Below, in pieces: positions 22,274 through 37,200 of a DNA stretch of 64,000 nt (positions are counted from its first letter, which is position 1; every line of letters begins with the position of its first letter). The notes below the pieces were generated by a model. The model was not told where the DNA came from, made no database searches, and saw nothing but the letters and a program-made list of their open reading frames with translations. The translations under genes were made by a program, and so were the position numbers. Source of the stretch: Eledone cirrhosa (taxonomy: Eukaryota). The DNA is taken from NCBI GenBank assembly GCA_964016885.1, contig OZ024745.1, forward strand, positions 91,512,001 to 91,576,000, read 5' to 3'.

Positions 22274-25200
22274 TGAGTATCAAACAGCTCCACTAGATAC
22301 AGTAAGTTATATTACTCTGCCTGAGTATCAAACAGCTCCCCTAGATACAGTAAGTTATATTACTCTGTCTGAGTATCAAACAGCTCCCCTAGATACAGTA
22401 AGTTATATTACTCCGGCTGAGTATCAAACAGCTCCCCTAGATACAGTAAGTTATATTACTCTGAGTATCAAACAGCTCCACTAGATACAGTAAGTTATAT
22501 TACTCTGTCTGAGTATCAAACACCTCCACTAGATACAGTAAGTTATATTACTCTGTCTGAGTATCAAACAGCTCCACTAGATACAGTAAGTTATATTACT
22601 CTGTCTGAGTATCAAACAGCTCCACTAGATACAGTAAGTTATATTACTCTGCCTGAGTATCAAACAGCTCCACTACATACAGTAAGTTATATTACTCTGC
22701 CTGAGTATCAAACAGCTCCACTAGATACAGTAAGTTATATTACTCTGCCTGAGTATCAAACAGCTCCACTAGATACAGTAAGTTATATTACTCTGTCTGA
22801 GTATCAAACAGCTCCACTAGATACAGTAAGTTATATTACTCTGTCTGAGTATCAAACAGCTCCACTAGATACAGTAAGTTATATTACTCTGTCTGAGTAT
22901 CAAACAGCTCCACTAGATACAGTAAGTTATATTACTCTGTCTGAGTATCAAACAGCTCCACTAGATACAGTAACTTATATTACTCTGCCTGAGTATCAAA
23001 CAGCTCCACTACATACAGTAAGTTATATTACTCTGCCTGAGTATCAAACAGCTCCACTAGATACAGTAAGTTATATTACTCTGCCTGAGTATCAAACAGC
23101 TCCACTAGATACAGTAAGTTATATTACTCTGCCTGAGTATCAAACAGCTCCCCTAGATACGGTAAGTTATATTACTCTGCCTGAGTATCAAACAGCTCCA
23201 CTAGATACAGTAAGTTATATTACTCTGCCTGAGTATCAAATAGCTTCACTAGATACAGTAAGTTATATTACACTGCCTGAGTATCAAACAGCTCCACTAG
23301 GTACAGTAAGTTATATTACTCTGCCTGAGTATCAAACAGCTCCACTAGATACAGTAAGTTATATTACTCTGCCTGAGTATCAAATAGCTTCACTAGATAC
23401 AGTAAGTTATATTACACTGCCTGAGTATCAAACAGCTCCACTAGGTACAGTAAGTTATATTACTCTGCCTGAGTATCAAATAGCTTCACTAGATACAGTA
23501 AGTTATATTACACTGCCTGAGTATCAAACAGCTCCACTAGGTACAGTAAGTTATATTACTCTGCCTGAGTATCAAACAGTTCCACTAGATGCAGTAAGTT
23601 ATATTACTCTGCCTGAGTATCAAACAACTCCACTAGATACAGTAAGTTATATTACTCTGCCTGAGTACCAAACAGCTCCACTAGATACAGTAAGTTATAT
23701 TACTCTGCCTGAGTATCAAACAGCTCCCCTAGATACGGTAAGTTATATTACTCTGCCTGAGTATCAAACAGCTCCACTAGATACAGTAAGTTATATTACT
23801 CTGTCTGAGTATCAAACAGCTCCACTAGATACAGTAAGTTATATTACTCTGCCTGAGTATCAAACAGCTCCACTAGATACAGTAAGTTATATTACTCTGC
23901 CTGAGTATCAAATAGCTTCACTAGATACAGTAAGTTATATTACACTGCCTGAGTATCAAACAGCTCCACTAGGTACAGTAAGTTATATTACTCTGTCTGA
24001 GTATCAAACAGCTCCACTAGATACAGTAAGTTATATTACTCTGTCTGAGTATCAAACACCTCCACTAGATACAGTAAGTTATATTACTCTGTCTGAGTAT
24101 CAAACAGCTCCACTAGATACAGTAAGTTATATTACTCTGCCTGAGTATCAAACAGCTCCCCTAGATACGGTAAGTTATATTACTCTGCCTGAGTATCAAA
24201 CAGCTCCACTAGATACAGTAAGTTATATTACTCTGTCTGAGTATCAAACAGCTCCACTAGATACAGTAAGTTATATTACTCTGCCTGAGTATCAAACAGC
24301 TCCACTAGATACAGTAAGTTATATTACTCTGCCTGAGTATCAAATAGCTTCACTAGATACAGTAAGTTATATTACACTGCCTGAGTATCAAACAGCTCCA
24401 CTAGGTACAGTAAGTTATATTACTCTGTCTGAGTATCAAACAGCTCCACTAGATACAGTAAGTTATATTACTCTGTCTGAGTATCAAACACCTCCACTAG
24501 ATACAGTAAGTTATATTACTCTGTCTGAGTATCAAACAGCTCCACTAGATACAGTAAGTTATATTACTCTGTCTGAGTATCAAACACCTCCACTAGATAC
24601 AGTAAGTTATATTTCTCTGTCTGAGTATCAAACAGCTCCACTAGATACAGTAAGTTATATTACTCTGTCTGAGTATCAAACAGCTCCACTAGGTACAGTA
24701 AGTTATATTACTCTGCCTGAGTATCAAATAGCTTCACTAGATACAGTAAGTTATATTACACTGCCTGAGTATCAAACAGCTCCACTAGGTACAGTAAGTT
24801 ATATTACTCTGCCTGAGTATCAAACAGTTTCACTAGATGCAGTAAGTTATATTACTCTGCCTGAGTATCAAACAACTCCACTAGATACAGTAAGTTATAT
24901 TACTCTGCCTGAGTATCAAACAGCTCCACTAGATACAATAAGTTATATTTCTCTCTGAGTATCAAACAGCTCCACTAGATACAGTAAGTTATATTACTCT
25001 GTCTGAGTATCAAACAGCTCCACTAGATACAGTAAGTTATATTACTCTGCCTGAGTATCAAACAGCTCCACTACATACAGTAAGTTATATTACTCTGCCT
25101 GAGTATCAAACAGCTCCACTAGATACAGTAAGTTATATTACTCTGCCTGAGTATCAAACAATTCCACTAGATACAGTAAGTTATATTACTCTGCCTGAGT

Positions 25201-28200
25201 ATCAAACAGCTCCACTAGATACAGTAAGTTATATTACTCTGTCTGAGTATCAAACAGCTCCACTAGGTACAGTAAGTTATATTACTCTGCCTGAGTATCA
25301 AACAGCTCCACTAGATACAGTAAGTTATATTACTCTGCCTGAGTATCAAATAGCTTCACTAGATACAGTAAGTTATATTACACTGCCTGAGTATCAAACA
25401 GCTCCACTAGGTACAGTAAGTTATATTACTCTGCCTGAGTATCAAATAGCTTCACTAGATACAGTAAGTTATATTACACTGCCTGAGTATCAAACAGCTC
25501 CACTAGGTACAGTAAGTTATATTACTCTGCCTGAGTATCAAACAGTTCCACTAGATGCAGTAAGTTATATTACTCTGCCTGAGTATCAAACAACTCCACT
25601 AGATACAGTAAGTTATATTACTCTGCCTGTGTATCAAACAACTCCACTAGATACAGTAAGTTATATTACTCTGCCTGTGTATCAAACAGCTCCACTAGAT
25701 ACAGTAAGTTATATTACTCTGCCTGAGTATCAAATAGCTTCACTAGATACAGTAAGTTATATTACACTGCCTGAGTATCAAACAGCTCCACTAGGTACAG
25801 TAAGTTATATTACTCTGCCTGAGTATCAAATAGCTTCACTAGATACAGTAAGTTATATTACACTGCCTGAGTATCAAACAGCTCCACTAGGTACAGTAAG
25901 TTATATTACTCTGCCTGAGTATCAAACAGTTCCACTAGATGCAGTAAGTTATATTACTCTGTCTGAGTATCAAACAGCTCCACTAGGTACAGTAAGTTAT
26001 ATTACTCTGCCTGAGTATCAAACAGCTCCACTAGATACAGTAAGTTATATTACTCTGCCTGAGTATCAAATAGCTTCACTAGATACAGTAAGTTATATTA
26101 CACTGCCTGAGTATCAAACAGCTCCACTAGGTACAGTTAGTTATATTACTCTGCCTGAGTATCAAACAGTTCCACTAGATGCAGTAAGTTATATTACTCT
26201 GCCTGAGTATCAAACAACTCCACTAGATACAGTAAGTTATATTACTCTGCCTGAGTATCAAACAGCTCCACTAGATACAGTAAGTTATATTACTCTGTCT
26301 GAGTATCAAACAGCTCCACTAGATACAGTAAGTTATATTACTCTGACTGAGTATCAAACAGCTCCACTAGATACAGTAAGTTATATTACTCTGCCTGAGT
26401 ATCAAACAGCTCCACTAGATACAGTAAGTTATGTTACTCTGCCTGAGTATCAAACAGCTCCACTAGATGCAGTAAGTTATATTACTCTGCCTGAGTATCA
26501 AACAGCTCCACTAGATACAGTAAGTTATATTACTCTGTCTGAGTATCAAACAGCTCCACTAGATACAGTAAGTTATATTACTCTGTCTGAGTATCAAACA
26601 GCTCCACTAGATACAGTAAGTTATATTACTCTGTCTGAGTATCAAACAGCTCCACTAGATACAGTAAGTTATATTACTCTGTCTGAGTATCAAACACCTC
26701 CACCAGATACAGTAAGTTATATTACTCTGTCTGAGTATCAAACAGCTCCACCAGATACAGTAAGTTATATTACTCTGCCTGAGTATCAAATAGCTTCACT
26801 AGATACAGTAAGTTATATTACACTGCCTGAGTATCAAACAGCTCCACTAGGTACAGTAAGTTATATTACTCTGCCTGAGTATCAAACAGTTCCACTAGAT
26901 GCAGTAAGTTATATTACTCTGCCTGAGTATCAAACAACTCCACTAGATACAGTAAGTTATATTACTCTGCCTGTGTATCAAACAGCTCCACTAGATACAG
27001 TAAGTTATATTACTCTGCCTGAGTATCAAATAGCTTCACTAGATACAGTAAGTTATATTACACTGCCTGAGTATCAAACAGCTCCACTAGGTACAGTAAG
27101 TTATATTACTCTGCCTGAGTATCAAATAGCTTCACTAGATACAGTAAGTTATATTACACTGCCTGAGTATCAAACAGCTCCACTAGGTACAGTAAGTTAT
27201 ATTACTCTGCCTGAGTATCAAACAGTTCCACTAGATGCAGTAAGTTATATTACTCTGCCTGAGTATCAAACAGCTCCACTAGATACAGTAAGTTATATTA
27301 CTCTGCCTGAGTATCAAACAGCTCCACTAGATACAGTAAGTTATATTACTCTGCCTGAGTATCAAACAGCTCCACTAGATACAGTAAGTTATATTACTCT
27401 GTCTGAGTATCAAACAGCTCCACTAGGTACAGTAAGTTATATTACTCTGCCTGAGTATCAAACAGCTCCACTAGATACAGTATGTTATATTACTCTGCCT
27501 GAGTATCAAATAGCTTCACTAGATACAGTAAGTTATATTACACTGCCTGAGTATCAAACAGCTCCACTAGGTACAGTAAGTTATATTACTCTGCCTGAGT
27601 ATCAAATAGCTTCACTAGATACAGTAAGTTATATTACACTGCCTGAGTATCAAACAGCTCCACTAGGTACAGTAAGTTATATTACTCTGCCTGAGTATCA
27701 AACAGTTCCACTAGATGCAGTAAGTTATATTACTCTGCCTGAGTATCAAACAACTCCACTAGATACAGTAAGTTATATTACTCTGCCTGTGTATCAAACA
27801 GCTCCACTAGATACAGTAAGTTATATTACTCTGCCTGAGTATCAAATAGCTTCACTAGATACAGTAAGTTATATTACACTGCCTGAGTATCAAACAGCTC
27901 CACTAGGTACAGTAAGTTATATTACTCTGCCTGAGTATCAAATAGCTTCACTAGATACAGTAAGTTATATTACACTGCCTGAGTATCAAACAGCTCCACT
28001 AGGTACAGTAAGTTATATTACTCTGCCTGAGTATCAAACAGTTCCACTAGATGCAGTAAGTTATATTACTCTGCCTGAGTATCAAACAACTCCACTAGAT
28101 ACAGTAAGTTATATTACTCTGCCTGAGTATCAAACAGCTCCACTAGATACAGTAAGTTATATTACTCTGCCTGAGTATCAAACAGCTCCACTAGATACAG

Positions 28201-31200
28201 TAAGTTATATTACTCTGTCTGAGTATCAAACAGCTCCACTAGATACAGTAAGTTATATTACTCTGCCTGAGTATCAAACAGCTCCCCTAGATACGGTAAG
28301 TTATATTACTCTGCCTGAGTATCAAACAGCTCCACTAGATACAGTAAGTTATATTACTCTGTCTGAGTATCAAACAGCTCCACTAGATACAGTAAGTTAT
28401 ATTACTCTGCCTGAGTATCAAACAGCTCCACTAGATACAGTAAGTTATATTACTCTGCCTGAGTATCAAATAGCTTCACTAGATACAGTAAGTTATATTA
28501 CACTGCCTGAGTATCAAACAGCTCCACTAGGTACAGTAAGTTATATTACTCTGTCTGAGTATCAAACAGCTCCACTAGATACAGTAAGTTATATTACTCT
28601 GTCTGAGTATCAAACACCTCCACTAGATACAGTAAGTTATATTACTCTGTCTGAGTATCAAACAGCTCCACTAGATACAGTAAGTTATATTACTCTGTCT
28701 GAGTATCAAACACCTCCACTAGATACAGTAAGTTATATTTCTCTGTCTGAGTATCAAACAGCTCCACTAGATACAGTAAGTTATATTACTCTGTCTGAGT
28801 ATCAAACAGCTCCACTAGGTACAGTAAGTTATATTACTCTGCCTGAGTATCAAATAGCTTCACTAGATACAGTAAGTTATATTACACTGCCTGAGTATCA
28901 AACAGCTCCACTAGGTACAGTAAGTTATATTACTCTGCCTGAGTATCAAACAGTTTCACTAGATGCAGTAAGTTATATTACTCTGCCTGAGTATCAAACA
29001 ACTCCACTAGATACAGTAAGTTATATTACTCTGCCTGAGTATCAAACAGCTCCACTAGATACAATAAGTTATATTTCTCTCTGAGTATCAAACAGCTCCA
29101 CTAGATACAGTAAGTTATATTACTCTGTCTGAGTATCAAACAGCTCCACTAGATACAGTAAGTTATATTACTCTGCCTGAGTATCAAACAGCTCCACTAC
29201 ATACAGTAAGTTATATTACTCTGCCTGAGTATCAAACAGCTCCACTAGATACAGTAAGTTATATTACTCTGCCTGAGTATCAAACAATTCCACTAGATAC
29301 AGTAAGTTATATTACTCTGCCTGAGTATCAAACAGCTCCACTAGATACAGTAAGTTATATTACTCTGTCTGAGTATCAAACAGCTCCACTAGGTACAGTA
29401 AGTTATATTACTCTGCCTGAGTATCAAACAGCTCCACTAGATACAGTAAGTTATATTACTCTGCCTGAGTATCAAATAGCTTCACTAGATACAGTAAGTT
29501 ATATTACACTGCCTGAGTATCAAACAGCTCCACTAGGTACAGTAAGTTATATTACTCTGCCTGAGTATCAAACAGTTCCACTAGATGCAGTAAGTTATAT
29601 TACTCTGCCTGAGTATCAAACAACTCCACTAGATACAGTAAGTTATATTACTCTGCCTGTGTATCAAACAACTCCACTAGATACAGTAAGTTATATTACT
29701 CTGCCTGTGTATCAAACAGCTCCACTAGATACAGTAAGTTATATTACTCTGCCTGAGTATCAAATAGCTTCACTAGATACAGTAAGTTATATTACACTGC
29801 CTGAGTATCAAACAGCTCCACTAGGTACAGTAAGTTATATTACTCTGCCTGAGTATCAAATAGCTTCACTAGATACAGTAAGTTATATTACACTGCCTGA
29901 GTATCAAACAGCTCCACTAGGTACAGTAAGTTATATTACTCTGCCTGAGTATCAAACAGTTCCACTAGATGCAGTAAGTTATATTACTCTGTCTGAGTAT
30001 CAAACAGCTCCACTAGGTACAGTAAGTTATATTACTCTGCCTGAGTATCAAACAGCTCCACTAGATACAGTAAGTTATATTACTCTGCCTGAGTATCAAA
30101 TAGCTTCACTAGATACAGTAAGTTATATTACACTGCCTGAGTATCAAACAGCTCCACTAGGTACAGTAAGTTATATTACTCTGCCTGAGTATCAAACAGT
30201 TCCACTAGATGCAGTAAGTTATATTACTCTGCCTGAGTATCAAACAACTCCACTAGATACAGTAAGTTATATTACTCTGCCTGAGTATCAAACAGCTCCA
30301 CTAGATACAGTAAGTTATATTACTCTGTCTGAGTATCAAACAGCTCCACTAGATACAGTAAGTTATATTACTCTGACTGAGTATCAAACAGCTCCACTAG
30401 ATACAGTAAGTTATATTACTCTGCCTGAGTATCAAACAGCTCCACTAGATACAGTAAGTTATGTTACTCTGCCTGAGTATCAAACAGCTCCACTAGATGC
30501 AGTAAGTTATATTACTCTGCCTGAGTATCAAACAGCTCCACTAGATACAGTAAGTTATATTACTCTGTCTGAGTATCAAACAGCTCCACTAGATACAGTA
30601 AGTTATATTACTCTGTCTGAGTATCAAACAGCTCCACTAGATACAGTAAGTTATGTTACTCTGCCTGAGTATCAAACAGCTCCACTACATACAGTAAGTT
30701 ATATTACTCTGCCTGAGTATCAAACAGCTCCACTAGATACAGTAAGTTATATTACTCTGCCTGAGTATCAAACAGCTCCACTAGATACAGTAAGTTATAT
30801 TACTCTGCCTGAGTATCAAACAGCTCCCCTAGATACGGTAAGTTATATTACTCTGCCTGAGTATCAAACAGCTCCACTAGATACAGTAAGTTATATTACT
30901 CTGCCTGAGTATCAAATAGCTTCACTAGATACAGTAAGTTATATTACACTGCCTGAGTATCAAACAGCTCCACTAGGTACAGTAAGTTATATTACTCTGC
31001 CTGAGTATCAAACAGCTCCACTAGATACAGTAAGTTATATTACTCTGCCTGAGTATCAAATAGCTTCACTAGATACAGTAAGTTATATTACACTGCCTGA
31101 GTATCAAACAGCTCCACTAGGTACAGTAAGTTATATTACTCTGCCTGAGTATCAAATAGCTTCACTAGATACAGTAAGTTATATTACACTGCCTGAGTAT

Positions 31201-34200
31201 CAAACAGCTCCACTAGGTACAGTAAGTTATATTACTCTGCCTGAGTATCAAACAGTTCCACTAGATGCAGTAAGTTATATTACTCTGCCTGAGTATCAAA
31301 CAACTCCACTAGATACAGTAAGTTATATTACTCTGCCTGAGTACCAAACAGCTCCACTAGATACAGTAAGTTATATTACTCTGCCTGAGTATCAAACAGC
31401 TCCCCTAGATACGGTAAGTTATATTACTCTGCCTGAGTATCAAACAGCTCCACTAGATACAGTAAGTTATATTACTCTGTCTGAGTATCAAACAGCTCCA
31501 CTAGATACAGTAAGTTATATTACTCTGCCTGAGTATCAAACAGCTCCACTAGATACAGTAAGTTATATTACTCTGCCTGAGTATCAAATAGCTTCACTAG
31601 ATACAGTAAGTTATATTACACTGCCTGAGTATCAAACAGCTCCACTAGGTACAGTAAGTTATATTACTCTGTCTGAGTATCAAACAGCTCCACTAGATAC
31701 AGTAAGTTATATTACTCTGTCTGAGTATCAAACACCTCCACTAGATACAGTAAGTTATATTACTCTGTCTGAGTATCAAACAGCTCCACTAGGTACAGTA
31801 AGTTATATTACTCTGCCTGAGTATCAAATAGCTTCACTAGATACAGTAAGTTATATTACACTGCCTGAGTATCAAACAGCTCCACTAGGTACAGTAAGTT
31901 ATATTACTCTGCCTGAGTATCAAACAGTTTCACTAGATGCAGTAAGTTATATTACTCTGCCTGAGTATCAAACAACTCCACTAGATACAGTAAGTTATAT
32001 TACTCTGCCTGAGTATCAAACAGCTCCACTAGATACAATAAGTTATATTTCTCTCTGAGTATCAAACAGCTCCACTAGATACAGTAAGTTATATTACTCT
32101 GCCTGAGTATCAAACAGCTCCACTACATACAGTAAGTTATATTACTCTGCCTGAGTATCAAACAGCTCCACTAGATACAGTAAGTTATATTACTCTGCCT
32201 GAGTATCAAACAATTCCACTACATACAGTAAGTTATATTACTCTGCCTGAGTATCAAACAGCTCCACTAGATACAGTAAGTTATATTACTCTGCCTGAGT
32301 ATCAAACAATTCCACTAGATACAGTAAGTTATATTACTCTGCCTGAGTATCAAACAGCTCCACTAGATACAGTAAGTTATATTACTCTGTCTGAGTATCA
32401 AACAGCTCCACTAGGTACAGTAAGTTATATTACTCTGCCTGAGTATCAAACAGCTCCACTAGATACAGTAAGTTATATTACTCTGCCTGAGTATCAAATA
32501 GCTTCACTAGATACAGTAAGTTATATTACACTGCCTGAGTATCAAACAGCTCCACTAGGTACAGTAAGTTATATTACTCTGCCTGAGTATCAAATAGCTT
32601 CACTAGATACAGTAAGTTATATTACACTGCCTGAGTATCAAACAGCTCCACTAGGTACAGTAAGTTATATTACTCTGCCTGAGTATCAAACAGTTCCACT
32701 AGATGCAGTAAGTTATATTACTCTGCCTGAGTATCAAACAACTCCACTAGATACAGTAAGTTATATTACTCTGCCTGTGTATCAAACAACTCCACTAGAT
32801 ACAGTAAGTTATATTACTCTGCCTGTGTATCAAACAGCTCCACTAGATACAGTAAGTTATATTACTCTGCCTGAGTATCAAATAGCTTCACTAGATACAG
32901 TAAGTTATATTACACTGCCTGAGTATCAAACAGCTCCACTAGGTACAGTAAGTTATATTACTCTGCCTGAGTATCAAATAGCTTCACTAGATACAGTAAG
33001 TTATATTACACTGCCTGAGTATCAAACAGCTCCACTAGGTACAGTAAGTTATATTACTCTGCCTGAGTATCAAACAGTTCCACTAGATGCAGTAAGTTAT
33101 ATTACTCTGTCTGAGTATCAAACAGCTCCACTAGGTACAGTAAGTTATATTACTCTGCCTGAGTATCAAACAGCTCCACTAGATACAGTAAGTTATATTA
33201 CTCTGCCTGAGTATCAAATAGCTTCACTAGATACAGTAAGTTATATTACACTGCCTGAGTATCAAACAGCTCCACTAGGTACAGTTAGTTATATTACTCT
33301 GCCTGAGTATCAAACAGTTCCACTAGATGCAGTAAGTTATATTACTCTGCCTGAGTATCAAACAACTCCACTAGATACAGTAAGTTATATTACTCTGCCT
33401 GAGTATCAAACAGCTCCACTAGATACAGTAAGTTATATTACTCTGTCTGAGTATCAAACAGCTCCACTAGATACAGTAAGTTATATTACTCTGACTGAGT
33501 ATCAAACAGCTCCACTAGATACAGTAAGTTATATTACTCTGCCTGAGTATCAAACAGCTCCACTAGATACAGTAAGTTATGTTACTCTGCCTGAGTATCA
33601 AACAGCTCCACTAGATGCAGTAAGTTATATTACTCTGCCTGAGTATCAAACAGCTCCACTAGATACAGTAAGTTATATTACTCTGTCTGAGTATCAAACA
33701 GCTCCACTAGATACAGTAAGTTATATTACTCTGTCTGAGTATCAAACAGCTCCACTAGATACAGTAAGTTATATTACTCTGTCTGAGTATCAAACAGCTC
33801 CACTAGATACAGTAAGTTATATTACTCTGTCTGAGTATCAAACACCTCCACCAGATACAGTAAGTTATATTACTCTGTCTGAGTATCAAACAGCTCCACC
33901 AGATACAGTAAGTTATATTACTCTGCCTGAGTATCAAATAGCTTCACTAGATACAGTAAGTTATATTACACTGCCTGAGTATCAAACAGCTCCACTAGGT
34001 ACAGTAAGTTATATTACTCTGCCTGAGTATCAAACAGTTCCACTAGATGCAGTAAGTTATATTACTCTGCCTGAGTATCAAACAACTCCACTAGATACAG
34101 TAAGTTATATTACTCTGCCTGTGTATCAAACAGCTCCACTAGATACAGTAAGTTATATTACTCTGCCTGAGTATCAAATAGCTTCACTAGATACAGTAAG

Positions 34201-37200
34201 TTATATTACACTGCCTGAGTATCAAACAGCTCCACTAGGTACAGTAAGTTATATTACTCTGCCTGAGTATCAAATAGCTTCACTAGATACAGTAAGTTAT
34301 ATTACACTGCCTGAGTATCAAACAGCTCCACTAGGTACAGTAAGTTATATTACTCTGCCTGAGTATCAAACAGTTCCACTAGATGCAGTAAGTTATATTA
34401 CTCTGCCTGAGTATCAAACAGCTCCACTAGATACAGTAAGTTATATTACTCTGCCTGAGTATCAAACAGCTCCACTAGATACAGTAAGTTATATTACTCT
34501 GCCTGAGTATCAAACAGCTCCACTAGATACAGTAAGTTATATTACTCTGTCTGAGTATCAAACAGCTCCACTAGGTACAGTAAGTTATATTACTCTGCCT
34601 GAGTATCAAACAGCTCCACTAGATACAGTAAGTTATATTACTCTGCCTGAGTATCAAATAGCTTCACTAGATACAGTAAGTTATATTACACTGCCTGAGT
34701 ATCAAACAGCTCCACTAGGTACAGTAAGTTATATTACTCTGCCTGAGTATCAAATAGCTTCACTAGATACAGTAAGTTATATTACACTGCCTGAGTATCA
34801 AACAGCTCCACTAGGTACAGTAAGTTATATTACTCTGCCTGAGTATCAAACAGTTCCACTAGATGCAGTAAGTTATATTACTCTGCCTGAGTATCAAACA
34901 ACTCCACTAGATACAGTAAGTTATATTACTCTGCCTGTGTATCAAACAGCTCCACTAGATACAGTAAGTTATATTACTCTGCCTGAGTATCAAATAGCTT
35001 CACTAGATACAGTAAGTTATATTACACTGCCTGAGTATCAAACAGCTCCACTAGGTACAGTAAGTTATATTACTCTGCCTGAGTATCAAATAGCTTCACT
35101 AGATACAGTAAGTTATATTACACTGCCTGAGTATCAAACAGCTCCACTAGGTACAGTAAGTTATATTACTCTGCCTGAGTATCAAACAGTTCCACTAGAT
35201 GCAGTAAGTTATATTACTCTGCCTGAGTATCAAACAACTCCACTAGATACAGTAAGTTATATTACTCTGCCTGAGTATCAAACAGCTCCACTAGATACAG
35301 TAAGTTATATTACTCTGCCTGAGTATCAAACAGCTCCACTAGATACAGTAAGTTATATTACTCTGTCTGAGTATCAAACAGCTCCACTAGATACAGTAAG
35401 TTATATTACTCTGCCTGAGTATCAAACAGCTCCCCTAGATACGGTAAGTTATATTACTCTGCCTGAGTATCAAACAGCTCCACTAGATACAGTAAGTTAT
35501 ATTACTCTGTCTGAGTATCAAACAGCTCCACTAGATACAGTAAGTTATATTACTCTGCCTGAGTATCAAACAGCTCCACTAGATACAGTAAGTTATATTA
35601 CTCTGCCTGAGTATCAAATAGCTTCACTAGATACAGTAAGTTATATTACACTGCCTGAGTATCAAACAGCTCCACTAGGTACAGTAAGTTATATTACTCT
35701 GTCTGAGTATCAAACAGCTCCACTAGATACAGTAAGTTATATTACTCTGTCTGAGTATCAAACACCTCCACTAGATACAGTAAGTTATATTACTCTGTCT
35801 GAGTATCAAACAGCTCCACTAGATACAGTAAGTTATATTACTCTGTCTGAGTATCAAACACCTCCACTAGATACAGTAAGTTATATTTCTCTGTCTGAGT
35901 ATCAAACAGCTCCACTAGATACAGTAAGTTATATTACTCTGTCTGAGTATCAAACAGCTCCACTAGGTACAGTAAGTTATATTACTCTGCCTGAGTATCA
36001 AATAGCTTCACTAGATACAGTAAGTTATATTACACTGCCTGAGTATCAAACAGCTCCACTAGGTACAGTAAGTTATATTACTCTGCCTGAGTATCAAACA
36101 GTTTCACTAGATGCAGTAAGTTATATTACTCTGCCTGAGTATCAAACAACTCCACTAGATACAGTAAGTTATATTACTCTGCCTGAGTATCAAACAGCTC
36201 CACTAGATACAATAAGTTATATTTCTCTCTGAGTATCAAACAGCTCCACTAGATACAGTAAGTTATATTACTCTGTCTGAGTATCAAACAGCTCCACTAG
36301 ATACAGTAAGTTATATTACTCTGCCTGAGTATCAAACAGCTCCACTACATACAGTAAGTTATATTACTCTGCCTGAGTATCAAACAGCTCCACTAGATAC
36401 AGTAAGTTATATTACTCTGCCTGAGTATCAAACAATTCCACTAGATACAGTAAGTTATATTACTCTGCCTGAGTATCAAACAGCTCCACTAGATACAGTA
36501 AGTTATATTACTCTGTCTGAGTATCAAACAGCTCCACTAGGTACAGTAAGTTATATTACTCTGCCTGAGTATCAAACAGCTCCACTAGATACAGTAAGTT
36601 ATATTACTCTGCCTGAGTATCAAATAGCTTCACTAGATACAGTAAGTTATATTACACTGCCTGAGTATCAAACAGCTCCACTAGGTACAGTAAGTTATAT
36701 TACTCTGCCTGAGTATCAAACAGTTCCACTAGATGCAGTAAGTTATATTACTCTGCCTGAGTATCAAACAACTCCACTAGATACAGTAAGTTATATTACT
36801 CTGCCTGTGTATCAAACAACTCCACTAGATACAGTAAGTTATATTACTCTGCCTGTGTATCAAACAGCTCCACTAGATACAGTAAGTTATATTACTCTGC
36901 CTGAGTATCAAATAGCTTCACTAGATACAGTAAGTTATATTACACTGCCTGAGTATCAAACAGCTCCACTAGGTACAGTAAGTTATATTACTCTGCCTGA
37001 GTATCAAATAGCTTCACTAGATACAGTAAGTTATATTACACTGCCTGAGTATCAAACAGCTCCACTAGGTACAGTAAGTTATATTACTCTGCCTGAGTAT
37101 CAAACAGTTCCACTAGATGCAGTAAGTTATATTACTCTGTCTGAGTATCAAACAGCTCCACTAGGTACAGTAAGTTATATTACTCTGCCTGAGTATCAAA

